Source of the DNA: an uncultured Gemmatimonadaceae bacterium
GTDB lineage: Bacteria; Gemmatimonadota; Gemmatimonadetes; Gemmatimonadales; Gemmatimonadaceae
Direction of reading: 5' to 3'
DNA: 64,000 bases
Assembly (NCBI GenBank): GCA_963740355.1
Contig: CAVUDW010000002.1
Span: forward strand, 512,001 to 576,000
Both the position numbers and the translations under genes were made by a program. Below, in pieces: positions 1-9,422 of the stretch (position 1 is the first letter of the stretch; every line of letters starts with the position of its first letter). The notes below the pieces were generated by a model. That model was not told the DNA's origin, made no database searches, and worked only from the letters and a program-made list of their open reading frames with translations.

Positions 1-940
1 GGCCTTCTCTCGCAAGCAGATCATCGCGCCACGCGTGCTCGACCTGAATGAAGTCGTCCAGCGCGTGCAGGGTATGCTCCTGCGCGTTCTGGGCGAGGAC
101 ATCCGCCTCGAAGTGGTCACCGCGGCGTCCCTTGGGGCGGTGCGATTCGACCCCGGACAGGCGGAGCAGATCCTGCTCAACCTCGCGGTCAATGCACGCG
201 ATGCCATGCCGAACGGTGGCGTGCTGACGCTTGAAACGAGCAACGTCACGCTCGACGAAGACTACGCACGCGCTCACCCAGGCACGCAGGCAGGCGAGTA
301 CGTGCTGCTTGCGGTTTCCGACACTGGCGTGGGCATGAACGAGGAGACGCGCGAACATGTGTTCGAGCCGTTCTTCACCACCAAGGGGGTGGGGAAGGGG
401 ACGGGGTTGGGCCTGGCTATGATTCACGGCGCCGTATCGCAGAATGGTGGTCGCGTGGAGGTGTACTCCGAAGTCGGGCATGGCACGAGCTTCAAGATTT
501 TCCTTCCACGCGTCCCGGAGATTGCCACGCCGTCCGTCCGGGCTCGGCCATCACTCACCCTGCCACGCGGCTCGGAAACGGTGCTGCTGGTCGAGGATGA
601 CGACTCGGTGCGCCTGCTCATCCTGAGGCTTCTAGTACGGCAGGGATACCGCGTGCACAGCTTCCCTGGCGGACCGGAGTTGCTGGAGTGGCTGCAGGAC
701 AACGATGAGCCGATTCACCTGCTGATCACCGATGTGATCATGCCGGGAATGAATGGCAAGGTGCTCGCCGAGAAGGTGCGCGCGATCAGGCCCGAGACGC
801 GAGTGCTCTACGCGTCCGGGTACACGGCGAATGTCATCGTCCAGCACGGGGTGTTGAAGCCGGGCGTCGAGTTCCTGTCGAAACCCTTCACTGCAGCGGC
901 ACTCGCACTCACCGTGCGCGAGCTGCTCGACCGGGCGTGA
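1..940 (+). CDS. Hybrid sensor histidine kinase/response regulator, 5' end outside window (CckA-like HATPase_c + REC)
   Basis: [24 protein letters not shown] and GTGLGL kinase boxes, then a receiver domain (LLVEDD...LLITDVIMP...KPF). Confidence 0.93.
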   Translation, partial: AFSRKQIIAPRVLDLNEVVQRVQGMLLRVLGEDIRLEVVTAASLGAVRFDPGQAEQILLNLAVNARDAMPNGGVLTLETSNVTLDEDYARAHPGTQAGEYVLLAVSDTGVGMNEETREHVFEPFFTTKGVGKGTGLGLAMIHGAVSQNGGRVEVYSEVGHGTSFKIFLPRVPEIATPSVRARPSLTLPRGSETVLLVEDDDSVRLLILRLLVRQGYRVHSFPGGPELLEWLQDNDEPIHLLITDVIMPGMNGKVLAEKVRAIRPETRVLYASGYTANVIVQHGVLKPGVEFLSKPFTAAALALTVRELLDRA

Positions 941-2507
941 TGCTGGGGGCTGCCGCCGGTGCTCGCCGATGGTGCGTCGCCTGTTCGTAGCCATACGCGA
1001 GCGTGATCAGCTTGCCCTCGCTCCACGGCCGGCCGAAGAAGGTCATGCCGGCGGGGAGTGAATTGCCGCGCGTGTATCCCATCGGCACGGTGATCGCGGG
1101 GAAGCCCGTGGTTGGTGAAAAGAGCTGACTGTTGTCGCCGTGCGGGGTGTTCAGGTCGCCGATCAGGCGCGGTGGATTGCTCCACGTCGGATAGACGAGG
1201 GCATCGAGACGCAGTGAGTCCATCATGCGCAGCACGGCGCCGCGGAATCGCACGCGCATCTCTTCACGCGCCGTGCATCCGGGGTTGTCTTCCGGCGGCA
1301 GCGACACCGTGTCAGCCGCCTGCAGTCGCAACTGCGCAGTGGGGTGGTAATTGCCGCTCCGCAGCACTTCGCGAATGGTCTTGACGGGGGCGTTTTCACC
1401 GCGCGCGGCAAGATACCGTTCGAGATCATACTTGAAGGCGTTGCATCCCGGTGCCGCCGCACCACTCGGCAGCGTGGTACGCAGCACGGCCTGCAATGAA
1501 TCGATGCTGGCTGGGTCGACGATCACCGCCCCCTGCGCCTTCAGGTCGGCTATCGCGCGCGCAAAGACCGTCACGACCTCGGAATCGGTGGTGGGACGTT
1601 CGTACGCCTGTCGCAGGATGCCGATGCGCGCACCCTTCAGCCCACCACCCACGACGAATCGGTTGTAGTCCGACTCACGATGTGACGTCGCCGCTGCAGT
1701 GACCGGGTCGTCAGGGTCCGCACCAGCGACGACCTGAAAGACCGCGACGGCATCGGCCACGGATCGTGCCATCGGTCCCGCGATGTCGGCACCGTTGCTC
1801 AATGGCACGACGCCCGCCCGCGACGTCAGCCCCATCGTGGAACGGATGCCCACCAGTGCGTTGTGCGCCGACGGCCCACGGATCGAATTGCCGGTGTCGG
1901 TGCCGAGCCCAACTTCCCCCTCGTTGGCGGCAATCGCGGCAGCAGTGCCGCCACTGGAGCCAGCCGTGACACGATCCAGGGCGTACGGATTCTTGGTGTA
2001 GCCGGGCAGGATCGAGCTCACTGTTTCGTACGGCGTGAAGGCCCACTCGGCGAGGTTGCTCTTCGCCAGCACGATCGCGCCCGCGGCGCGCACCCGTGCC
2101 ACCATCGTCGCGTCACGCGTCGGCACCCACCCCTTGAGCGACAGCGAGCCGGCGGTCGTCTGCAGGTCTTTCGTCTCGAAATTGTCTTTCACGATCATCG
2201 GCACGCAGTGCAGCGGACCGACGGGGCCGGAGGCCGCAAATCGCCGGTCGAGTGAGTCAGCGATGGCCAGCGCCCGTGGATTGATCGTCACGATGGCGTT
2301 GATGCCGGGACCACGCTTGTCGTAGCGGTCGATGCGATCCAGATACTGCTGCACCAACTGGTGGCAGCTCAATCGCCTGGCGCGAAACGCAGCCTGCACC
2401 TGTGCGATGCTCGTCTCCTCGACGGCAAACGTCGAGGATCGCTGGGCACCACTCGCGACCGGAATCGCGGTGATGAGGAGGCTGAGCAGTCGAGGGGCGA
2501 GGCGCAT
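909..2507 (-). CDS. Secreted amidase-signature family protein
   Basis: IVKDNF, AGSSGG and GTDTGNSIRGP motifs; signal-like MRLAPRLLSLLITA start at 2507. Confidence 0.9.
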   Translation of the reverse strand: MRLAPRLLSLLITAIPVASGAQRSSTFAVEETSIAQVQAAFRARRLSCHQLVQQYLDRIDRYDKRGPGINAIVTINPRALAIADSLDRRFAASGPVGPLHCVPMIVKDNFETKDLQTTAGSLSLKGWVPTRDATMVARVRAAGAIVLAKSNLAEWAFTPYETVSSILPGYTKNPYALDRVTAGSSGGTAAAIAANEGEVGLGTDTGNSIRGPSAHNALVGIRSTMGLTSRAGVVPLSNGADIAGPMARSVADAVAVFQVVAGADPDDPVTAAATSHRESDYNRFVVGGGLKGARIGILRQAYERPTTDSEVVTVFARAIADLKAQGAVIVDPASIDSLQAVLRTTLPSGAAAPGCNAFKYDLERYLAARGENAPVKTIREVLRSGNYHPTAQLRLQAADTVSLPPEDNPGCTAREEMRVRFRGAVLRMMDSLRLDALVYPTWSNPPRLIGDLNTPHGDNSQLFSPTTGFPAITVPMGYTRGNSLPAGMTFFGRPWSEGKLITLAYGYEQATHHRRAPAAAPSITPGRAARAR

Positions 2508-2573
2508 CGGGATAGCGTAGCCCAATTGGGAGTGTGGCGGAAGCGACCACGTGGCCCCGCCCCTCGAAGGCAC

Positions 2574-2894
2574 TCAGGTCGGATCAACCGCCTCGGCGAT
2601 CGCAAACTCCGGCGCATCCACCATACCCATGAAGGCACCCATCACTGACTGGATGACACTGCCAGGCATGTCTTCGCCCGTGAAGCCGGCGAAGTCGTCG
2701 ATCTCGAAGATTTCGACGTACTGCGCGTTTGGCGCTCCTTCACCCATCAACAGCCCCGTCACACGATACGTCTCGAACCGCTTCACGCGCTTCAAGCCGC
2801 GCATCGACGGATGATCGGTCGTTTTCACCCAGTGCTCGAAATCAGCGGCGGTGACGCCGGCCTTGAGGCGATAGCTGATGATCAGGTTGGTCAT
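2574..2894 (-). CDS. REDY-like/HapK (EthD-like dimeric alpha-beta barrel) protein
   Basis: YRLKAGVTAADFEHWVKTTD...QYVEIFEIDD pattern. Confidence 0.65.
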   Translation of the reverse strand: MTNLIISYRLKAGVTAADFEHWVKTTDHPSMRGLKRVKRFETYRVTGLLMGEGAPNAQYVEIFEIDDFAGFTGEDMPGSVIQSVMGAFMGMVDAPEFAIAEAVDPT

Positions 2895-2992
2895 GTGAGG
2901 AGTTGGTGGGAGGGCTGAAACATCTCTGAACGGGGATAGTACGGCGCGGCACAGCGACGCAGCATCACCCGCGCGGGTGAGCACCCGTCGCC

Positions 2993-4450
2993 CTATCGCC
3001 AGACGAATGTGGCCACGGCGCCGGCGGGAATGCTGGCGGGAAACGAATACCGACCATCTCCGATCAGGAATCGGCGCGCGACGGTGGCACTGTTGACGAC
3101 CAGCAGCACGACCGACGCGTCATCAGCATTGCTGAACGCGACGGTGTCGAGATCGTCGACCCCGGTATCCGACGCGATTCTCGTGGCGCCAGGCCGCACG
3201 AAGCGGCTGGCGTGCGCGAGTGCGTAATACTCCTCGTTGCGCGTCACGCGCCCGGTCGCTGAATCAACGGTCAACACGCCGCGACAGTCGTTGCAGCCGC
3301 CAAGGTGTGGGCCGTGATGCGTGTCGAGTGCGAGATTCCACAACACGACGCCGCGTGCCCAATTGCGAGTCGCGCCGATCACCAGCGTCTTCATGTTCCA
3401 GCGCAGGTTGGCACCGAAGTCCGGTGCCCATGCACCACCGGCGCATTCGGTGAAGTAGGTCTCCTTGTCAGGAAATGCCGCGTGCAGCTGTGATTGTGCC
3501 GACACGTCACCTGCGTAACAGTGCCATGCGACGCCACTCACGTAGCGCCGCGCCACGGTGTCTCGCAGCACCTCCATCGGGGACTGTGGCTCATCCCAGT
3601 TGTGGTCCCAGTCGAGGATCCGGGTGCGAACACCTCGTGCCGCGAAGAGCGGACCGAGATGTGTGCCGATGAAGGTGGCACGCTGCGGCGCGGTGAAACG
3701 CATCCCCGGGTAGTCCTTCGGCTCGTTGTGTGGCTCGTTCTGCACCGTCAGCAGCGCGATCGGCACCCCCTCACGGCCGAACGCCTCGACATATCGGCGG
3801 AGATACTCGGCGAATGCCGGATAGGCACCTGGCTCGAGCGTGCCCGTGATCAGCGATTGCGACGACTTCATCCACGCCGGCGCACTCCACGGCGTCGCCA
3901 TCACGGTCAGCTGCGGGTTGATCGCGCGTGCGCTTCGCACCAATGGCAGCACATCCCGGCGGGCCGAATCGATCGAAAAGTGCGCCAGCGCGACGTCGCG
4001 GCTGCCGGATGGGAGATCGTCGTAGGTGAAGTGCGACCGAGAAAAATCAGAGGCGCCAATGGTGAGGCGCACAAAGCTGAATCCTGCGCCGCCGTCCGTG
4101 CGCCCGAACAGCTCCTGCACCAGCGCCGCGCGCTCTACCGCCGGAATTCGCTGCTGGATCAACTCGGCTGCGGCGTCGGTGATGGCGGCACCGAAGCCGA
4201 CCATCGTCTGGAAGCGCTGCGACCGATCGACGGTGATGCGCGTGCCCGGCGTGGTGGTGGTGGACGGTGCCGAGTCGCGCGACACCGCCACCAGATCGGC
4301 TTGTCGTTCCAGCAGACGCGATCGATCAGGAGTGGTCAGCCAGAGCCTCGCGGTGCCCACTGGTGGCGCTGCTGCCGACGGAATCACGCGGGCCGAGCCA
4401 GCGCATGCCGTGAGCGCCAGCAGGAGCCCGACGCACGACTCAGCGCGCAC
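2993..4450 (-). CDS. Glycoside hydrolase family 30 (glucosylceramidase/beta-1,6-glucanase-like), probable lipoprotein
   Basis: GFGAAITD, IGASDFS, PWSAPAWMK, QNEP, WDHNWD and FTEC motifs; LTAC lipobox; GTG start overlapping the upstream stop is inferred. Confidence 0.88.
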   Translation of the reverse strand: MRAESCVGLLLALTACAGSARVIPSAAAPPVGTARLWLTTPDRSRLLERQADLVAVSRDSAPSTTTTPGTRITVDRSQRFQTMVGFGAAITDAAAELIQQRIPAVERAALVQELFGRTDGGAGFSFVRLTIGASDFSRSHFTYDDLPSGSRDVALAHFSIDSARRDVLPLVRSARAINPQLTVMATPWSAPAWMKSSQSLITGTLEPGAYPAFAEYLRRYVEAFGREGVPIALLTVQNEPHNEPKDYPGMRFTAPQRATFIGTHLGPLFAARGVRTRILDWDHNWDEPQSPMEVLRDTVARRYVSGVAWHCYAGDVSAQSQLHAAFPDKETYFTECAGGAWAPDFGANLRWNMKTLVIGATRNWARGVVLWNLALDTHHGPHLGGCNDCRGVLTVDSATGRVTRNEEYYALAHASRFVRPGATRIASDTGVDDLDTVAFSNADDASVVLLVVNSATVARRFLIGDGRYSFPASIPAGAVATFVWR

Positions 4451-5525
4451 GAGCGCGCTGTACCGGAACCGGGCCGGTGGGAATTTCCGAGCGCTTGAAG
4501 AGGAATGCCGCCTTCTCCACGCGCGCTCCCTTGTCATCCGCCACCGCGTAGGTGCCGCCTTCATAGAGGCTGGCGCTGCCGTGGCGCCCATCCTTCGCCA
4601 ACGCATAGACGTTGAGATCGAAGCGTGGACGTCCCTTCTCGTTCAACAGTCGTGCTTCAGTCATGGCGACGACGCGCTCGAGCGTCTTCAGGCATGCCTG
4701 TTCCGGCGCCATGCCCTGCCGCATGAACTCGACGGTGAGGAAACCACCACAGGCCTTGATGTTCGCTTCGCCTCGACCCGTCGAACCCGCCGATCCGACT
4801 GTCTGGTCGCAGTACTGACCAGCCCCGATGATCGGACTGTCACCAACGCGCCCAGGAACCTTGTACGCCATGCCGCTGGTGGTGGTCACGCTGCTCATCT
4901 CACCGGCGGCGTTCACCGCATTCATGTTGATCGTACCGTGTGTGAATCGGATCGCGACATCGTCGTCGTAGTCGAGTCGGAAATCACCCGGATTGAGGCG
5001 CGCGCGCCAGCGCAGCCAATTCTGGCGGCTACGCTCCGTGAGCAGGTTCTGCGGCGTGAACCCCATCTCGATTGCGAATTGCTTCGCATCATCACCGACC
5101 AGCATGATGTGGTCGGTGTAGTCCATGATGGCCTTGGCCACCAACGACGGCGTTGCAATGTCCTCGATGCAGCCGACGGAGCCAGCCCTGCGTGTCGGTC
5201 CATGCATGCAGCTGGCATCGAGCTGCACCACGCCCCGCTCGTTGGGCAAACCGCCCAGGCCAACCGAGTCGTCGTCCGGATCCAGTTCTTGGATGTTGAC
5301 GCCAGCGATGATCGAGTCGAGGGTGTCTTCGCCCCGCTGCACCATCTCGTATGCGCGCGCGACGCCTCGCAATCCATTCGTGGAGCTGACCACGCGAACG
5401 ACGCCGGCACTGCTGGCCGGTACGACCGGAGTCGCGAGGCGCATGGCATGAAGACGTTCCGTCAGCGTCAGCGACGCGGCGGCTGCGGCGGTGCGGGAGA
5501 TGAAGTCGCGGCGGGTCAGCGGCAT
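4440..5525 (-). CDS. N(4)-(beta-N-acetylglucosaminyl)-L-asparaginase (Ntn hydrolase), Tat-exported
   Basis: TRRDF twin-arginine motif; SVGLGGLPN, LDASCM, HGTI nucleophile site, GRVGDSP and STGRGE. Confidence 0.88.
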   Translation of the reverse strand: MPLTRRDFISRTAAAAASLTLTERLHAMRLATPVVPASSAGVVRVVSSTNGLRGVARAYEMVQRGEDTLDSIIAGVNIQELDPDDDSVGLGGLPNERGVVQLDASCMHGPTRRAGSVGCIEDIATPSLVAKAIMDYTDHIMLVGDDAKQFAIEMGFTPQNLLTERSRQNWLRWRARLNPGDFRLDYDDDVAIRFTHGTINMNAVNAAGEMSSVTTTSGMAYKVPGRVGDSPIIGAGQYCDQTVGSAGSTGRGEANIKACGGFLTVEFMRQGMAPEQACLKTLERVVAMTEARLLNEKGRPRFDLNVYALAKDGRHGSASLYEGGTYAVADDKGARVEKAAFLFKRSEIPTGPVPVQRARAR

Positions 5526-5600
5526 GTCGGTCCTGTGAGGTGCCAATTGGATGTTGAAAATCGCTCTCCAACGTTATCGCCTCGACGGCATTCCAGTGGG

Positions 5601-5627
5601 GTTAACGCTCGGGCGGCAGCGTCGTCT
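5601..5627 (+). promoter_or_regulatory. Possible ECF sigma promoter (GTTAAC-N16-CGTC)
   Basis: AAC at 5604-5606 and CGTC at 5623-5626, upstream of the secreted-protein operon. Confidence 0.35.
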
Positions 5628-5695
5628 GTAGGGGTGTAGCCACCATGGCAACGACTGACTGCCCCAGAGCGGCACCCGCCGCAGGAGATTGACCG

Positions 5696-6061
5696 ATGCG
5701 TATCCCGAATCTGATGCTGGCGAGCTTCTTCATCCTCGCCGCCCCGATGGCTTTGCAGGCCCAGGGCACTGCCACGCGCCAGGAAGTGCGTGAGGTGCGC
5801 CGTGACACCCGCGAACTGCGTCGCGACCGCGTCGAGATCCGCGGTGACAAGCGAGAAGTGCGTGGCGATCGCCGCGAAGTGCGCCAGGACGTGCGCGCCG
5901 CGAAGGCAGACGGGCACGTGACCGGTGCCGAACGCCGTGAGATCCGCAGCGACTCGCGCGAACTGCGTCAGGACACGCGGGACCTGCGCCGCGACAAGCG
6001 GGACCGCCGCGGCGACCGTCGTGACCTTCGCCAGGATCGGCGCGACCTCGTGAAGCCGTAA
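5696..6061 (+). CDS. Secreted Arg/Asp-rich heptad-repeat protein
   Basis: GGAG RBS, signal peptide ending ALQA, repeats of (E/D)(L/V/I)RxD(R/K/T)R. Confidence 0.75.
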   Translation: MRIPNLMLASFFILAAPMALQAQGTATRQEVREVRRDTRELRRDRVEIRGDKREVRGDRREVRQDVRAAKADGHVTGAERREIRSDSRELRQDTRDLRRDKRDRRGDRRDLRQDRRDLVKP

Positions 6062-6074
6062 GCACGATCTCCCG

Positions 6075-6108
6075 AGGGCGTCGTCGATTGAGACGGCGAC
6101 GACGCCCT
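6075..6108. terminator. 12-bp perfect hairpin (terminator or mRNA stabiliser)
   Basis: AGGGCGTCGTCG / CGACGACGCCCT between co-oriented genes. Confidence 0.5.
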
Positions 6109-6139
6109 TCGAATTTCATCGAGACTGGAGCGACATCCC

Positions 6140-6556
6140 ATGACGGGTCGGATTTTTCTTGCGCTGGGCGTGTTCCTGCTCGCGACACCGATGGTGGCGC
6201 GCGCCCAGGCCAGCACCACGGCGCCGAACGCAGCACGACGAGAGATGGCAGCGGAGCGCCGTGAGGCGATGCGCCTGCGGCGCGACGCCCGAAAGGCGAT
6301 GACGCCGGAGCAGCGCGCTGCGGCTCGTGCGCAACGTGAAGCACGGTTCAATGCCATGCCGGCTGATCAGCAGGAGTACATCCGGAACCTGCGGGCATAC
6401 CAGCAAGCGCTGCGTGCGACGTCACGAGACCTCAATGCACAGGTTACCGCTGGCACGATCACCAGAGACCAGATGGCGCGTCAACTGAAGAGCTATCGCG
6501 ACGCCAATCGTCCCAAGCGTCCCGCAGGAATGCCAGAGCCGGCACGCCGGCCGTGA
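6140..6556 (+). CDS. Secreted helical hypothetical protein (paralogue of 11150-11914)
   Basis: GGAG RBS, signal peptide, LRAYQQ...AGT...LKSYRDANRP motif. Confidence 0.75.
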   Translation: MTGRIFLALGVFLLATPMVARAQASTTAPNAARREMAAERREAMRLRRDARKAMTPEQRAAARAQREARFNAMPADQQEYIRNLRAYQQALRATSRDLNAQVTAGTITRDQMARQLKSYRDANRPKRPAGMPEPARRP

Positions 6557-6596
6557 CCGGGGTCAGCGTCCGAGGATCGACCATAACTTCGCAGCG

Positions 6597-7901
6597 ATGA
6601 CTCCCCGCACCCTGCGTCACTCCCGACCGACTTGCACCGCGCTGATTGCGGTGCTTTTCGTCGCTTCCGCCGCCCGCACCGCCGCGCAGGCACGGCCCGC
6701 GCCTGGCCGTGACACGCTCAGCACACGAGTCCGCGACAGCATCATCGCCGCCGTGCTCGCGGATACCGCTGACATCGATGTCGACACGCTCGGGCTGCTG
6801 CCCACGGTTCCTGGGTTGCGGCAATCCTACACGTTGCGGCCAACACTGCGCCGCTACACCGTCGGCACCGTCAACGCGACCGAGCAGGCATCGTACGCGA
6901 GCTGGGTGGCCCGATTCCGCCGGGCTGCGATTCGAGTCGACCTCACGCCCGTCGCCTACTCCGGCGACACCTCCACTACTGCTGATCGACCAGAAGTCGC
7001 CTTTGGTGGTGTGTCGCCCATCAGCGGCCGCCTCGATCTCGCCTTGCGACATGCCGACACACTTCGCGTGTTCGCGCAGTCGATGTCGTTCCCCGGGACA
7101 CTGTCGGCCATCGATGCGCAGGCGCTCGGCACCGTCGGTACCAGCACCATCGATCTCGATGCCGGCGCGATCGGGGTCGCGGCGCGCATCGGAACACGTT
7201 ACGTCCTCACGCAACCGATCGGCGCGCGCGGGGTGGCGTTTTCGGTGCGCGGTGGGGTCGAGTATGACCCGAAGCCGTCTGGCGCGGAGGCGGTGAGCTG
7301 GCGTGGAACCACGGTGCGCGGTGGAGTTGGCCTCTCGAAATCGACAGACCTGGTCAACCTCGGTGCCAACGTCGAACTCACGCGGAGTTTCGCCGACTCA
7401 CTCGGCGGGAAGAATCTCTTTCCCGGTGGTGGTGCACTCACGGTCGATGCGCGCGCACTGCGATTTGTGGGCACGGACGGCACCAGCTTTCTATCGGTGA
7501 ATGGTTTCTACTCGAAGCCACTCAGCATCGAGCGCCCGGATCAACCGACTCGCCTCATTCCCATCGGTGATTTTGCCGGCGCCAACGTGTCGGCGGCACT
7601 CCCGCTCGGACCGTTGACGGTACTGCCGGCCATCTCGTATGTACGCGAGTCGAGCAATGCGACTGCCCTCGTGAACGGGCGCGCCACCACACTCGAAGCT
7701 TCTGGTTACGCCACCAGCGCGAGTCTCGGGCTTTCAGTGCCGTTCGGCAGCTTCGTGACCATCACCCCGGAAGTTGGCGGCGCATTTGGAAATATCGGGC
7801 AGACCGTGTCCGCGCAGTTTCCGCGGCGCATTCGGCGTCGCAGCTTCAGCGATTCGGTCAGCGGTGGATGGGTCTCGCTCGAGCTGTCGGTCACGCGCTG
7901 A
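6597..7901 (+). CDS. Putative outer-membrane beta-barrel protein (paralogue of 11949-13235)
   Basis: Signal peptide; alternating amphipathic Gly/Ser/Thr-rich strands; C-terminal WVSLELSV strand. Confidence 0.65.
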   Translation: MTPRTLRHSRPTCTALIAVLFVASAARTAAQARPAPGRDTLSTRVRDSIIAAVLADTADIDVDTLGLLPTVPGLRQSYTLRPTLRRYTVGTVNATEQASYASWVARFRRAAIRVDLTPVAYSGDTSTTADRPEVAFGGVSPISGRLDLALRHADTLRVFAQSMSFPGTLSAIDAQALGTVGTSTIDLDAGAIGVAARIGTRYVLTQPIGARGVAFSVRGGVEYDPKPSGAEAVSWRGTTVRGGVGLSKSTDLVNLGANVELTRSFADSLGGKNLFPGGGALTVDARALRFVGTDGTSFLSVNGFYSKPLSIERPDQPTRLIPIGDFAGANVSAALPLGPLTVLPAISYVRESSNATALVNGRATTLEASGYATSASLGLSVPFGSFVTITPEVGGAFGNIGQTVSAQFPRRIRRRSFSDSVSGGWVSLELSVTR

Positions 7902-7951
7902 TGTACGGCGGATTCGTGCCGCAACTCGTTGCGGCGCATCGCGTTGAGCTC

Positions 7952-8348
7952 CGATCAAGGGGTCGGAGATCTTGATCGGACTTTCCGACGCCTAAAGTGT
8001 TGCAGCGTTTGGTGTTACACCCCGATCAAGGGGTCGGAGATCTTGGTCGATCAAGGGGTCGGAGATCTTGGTCGGACTTTCCGACGCCTAAGGTGTTGCA
8101 GCGTTTGACGTTACGCCCCGATCAAGGGGTCGGAGATCTTGGTCGATCAAGAAGTCAGAGATCTTGATCGGACTTTCCGACGCCTAAGGTGTTGCAGCGT
8201 TTGACGTTACGCCCCGATCAAGGGGTCGGAGATCTTGGTCGATCAAGGGGTCAGAGATCCTGATCGTGCTTTCCGCGGCCTAAGGCGTTGCAACGTTTGA
8301 TGTTACGCCCCGATCAAGGGGTCAGAGATCTTGATGAGATCTTGATCG
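7952..8348. repeat. About 4 x 96-bp tandem repeat containing 8 copies of a palindromic CGATCAAG...CTTG(A/G)TCG unit
   Basis: Unit starts at 7952, 8023, 8048, 8119, 8144, 8215, 8240 and 8311 (spacing alternates 71/25). Confidence 0.92.
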
Positions 8349-8364
8349 TCCACCGATCACGCGG

Positions 8365-8850
8365 TTAGCGATCCTGACGGTGCCACTCGAAGCACAACGT
8401 GTCCGGCAGCATCGAATCGCTGTACAGCGGGATCGAGACGAAGCCCAGGCGTTCGTACAGCGCCCGTGCTGCCATCAGCTCCGGCGCAGTGTCGAGGCGC
8501 ACGCACGGGCGGCCGATTTCGACCGCGTGTGCCATCAACGCGCGCATCAGTAGTTCGCCAACTCCGTTGCCGCGGGCGCTGGGCCGAACGTACACCCGCT
8601 TGATCTCGGCGATGCCCGGCTCGATGAACGGTCGCAGTGCACCACACCCCGCCGGTTCACCATCGACGAGGCAGAGCAGCAGCAATCCGTCCGGCGGCAC
8701 AAAAGGCTGGGGCAGCGCGGCCAGGTCCTGATCGATGGTGGTCCATCGGCCATCGATGTGCGGTAAGGCCGCATACTCCCCCATCAGCTGGCGCGCGACG
8801 GAGACCAGCTCACGTCCTGAAGTTTCGTCGACCGCGATCAGCTCTGGCAT
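8365..8850 (-). CDS. GNAT family N-acetyltransferase
   Basis: AEIKRVYVRPSARGNGVG...LDT...ALYERLGF. Confidence 0.9.
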   Translation of the reverse strand: MPELIAVDETSGRELVSVARQLMGEYAALPHIDGRWTTIDQDLAALPQPFVPPDGLLLLCLVDGEPAGCGALRPFIEPGIAEIKRVYVRPSARGNGVGELLMRALMAHAVEIGRPCVRLDTAPELMAARALYERLGFVSIPLYSDSMLPDTLCFEWHRQDR

Positions 8851-8875
8851 GCGTCTCTGGTCTGCGGCGACGTCG

Positions 8876-9310
8876 CTATTTCTTCAACGCCAGGACCAGC
8901 ACACCGCCGGCCACCATCGCGATCCCTGCCCATTCGCGAAGTGACGGACGTTCGCCAAGAAACGCGAAGGCGAAAACCGCGACGAGTACCAGACTCAATT
9001 TGTCCACGGGCGCGACCTTCGACGCCTCGCCCGCTTGCAGCGCTCGGAAGTAGCAGACCCACGATGCGCCGGTGGCGAGCCCTGAGAGCGTGAGGAACAG
9101 CACCGTCTTGCCGGACAAGGCAGTCGGATCACTCCATTTTCCAGTCGCGGCCACGAACACAGCCAGCACGACGATCACCACGCCGGTCCGGATCAGCGTG
9201 GCATAGTCGGAGTCGACGCCCTGAATGCCGATCTTCGCGAAGATTGCCGTCAGGGCGGCGAAGACGGCAGAGCCGAGTGCCCACGGAAACCAGTTGACGG
9301 AATTGGCCAT
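8876..9310 (-). CDS. EamA/DMT family small transporter
   Basis: FAALTAIFAKIG, LSGLATGASWVCYFRAL, VAPVDKLS. Confidence 0.9.
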   Translation of the reverse strand: MANSVNWFPWALGSAVFAALTAIFAKIGIQGVDSDYATLIRTGVVIVVLAVFVAATGKWSDPTALSGKTVLFLTLSGLATGASWVCYFRALQAGEASKVAPVDKLSLVLVAVFAFAFLGERPSLREWAGIAMVAGGVLVLALKK

Positions 9311-9422
9311 GGAGAATGAATCGCGCCATGTGGGCAGTACTGGCAATCCCGCGCGCCGCACTCCTTGTTTGACGCGTACGACTTCGCATCGATCACGTGC
9401 TCATCCCGTGCCGCCCGCCGCC

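Noticed and set aside
5696..6061. Functional link between the Arg/Asp-rich protein and cyanophycin
   Set aside because: Only a compositional resemblance; the gene is over 30 kb away and encodes a secreted protein.
7952..8348. CRISPR array
   Set aside because: Intervening sequences are near-identical rather than unique spacers, and no cas genes are in the window.
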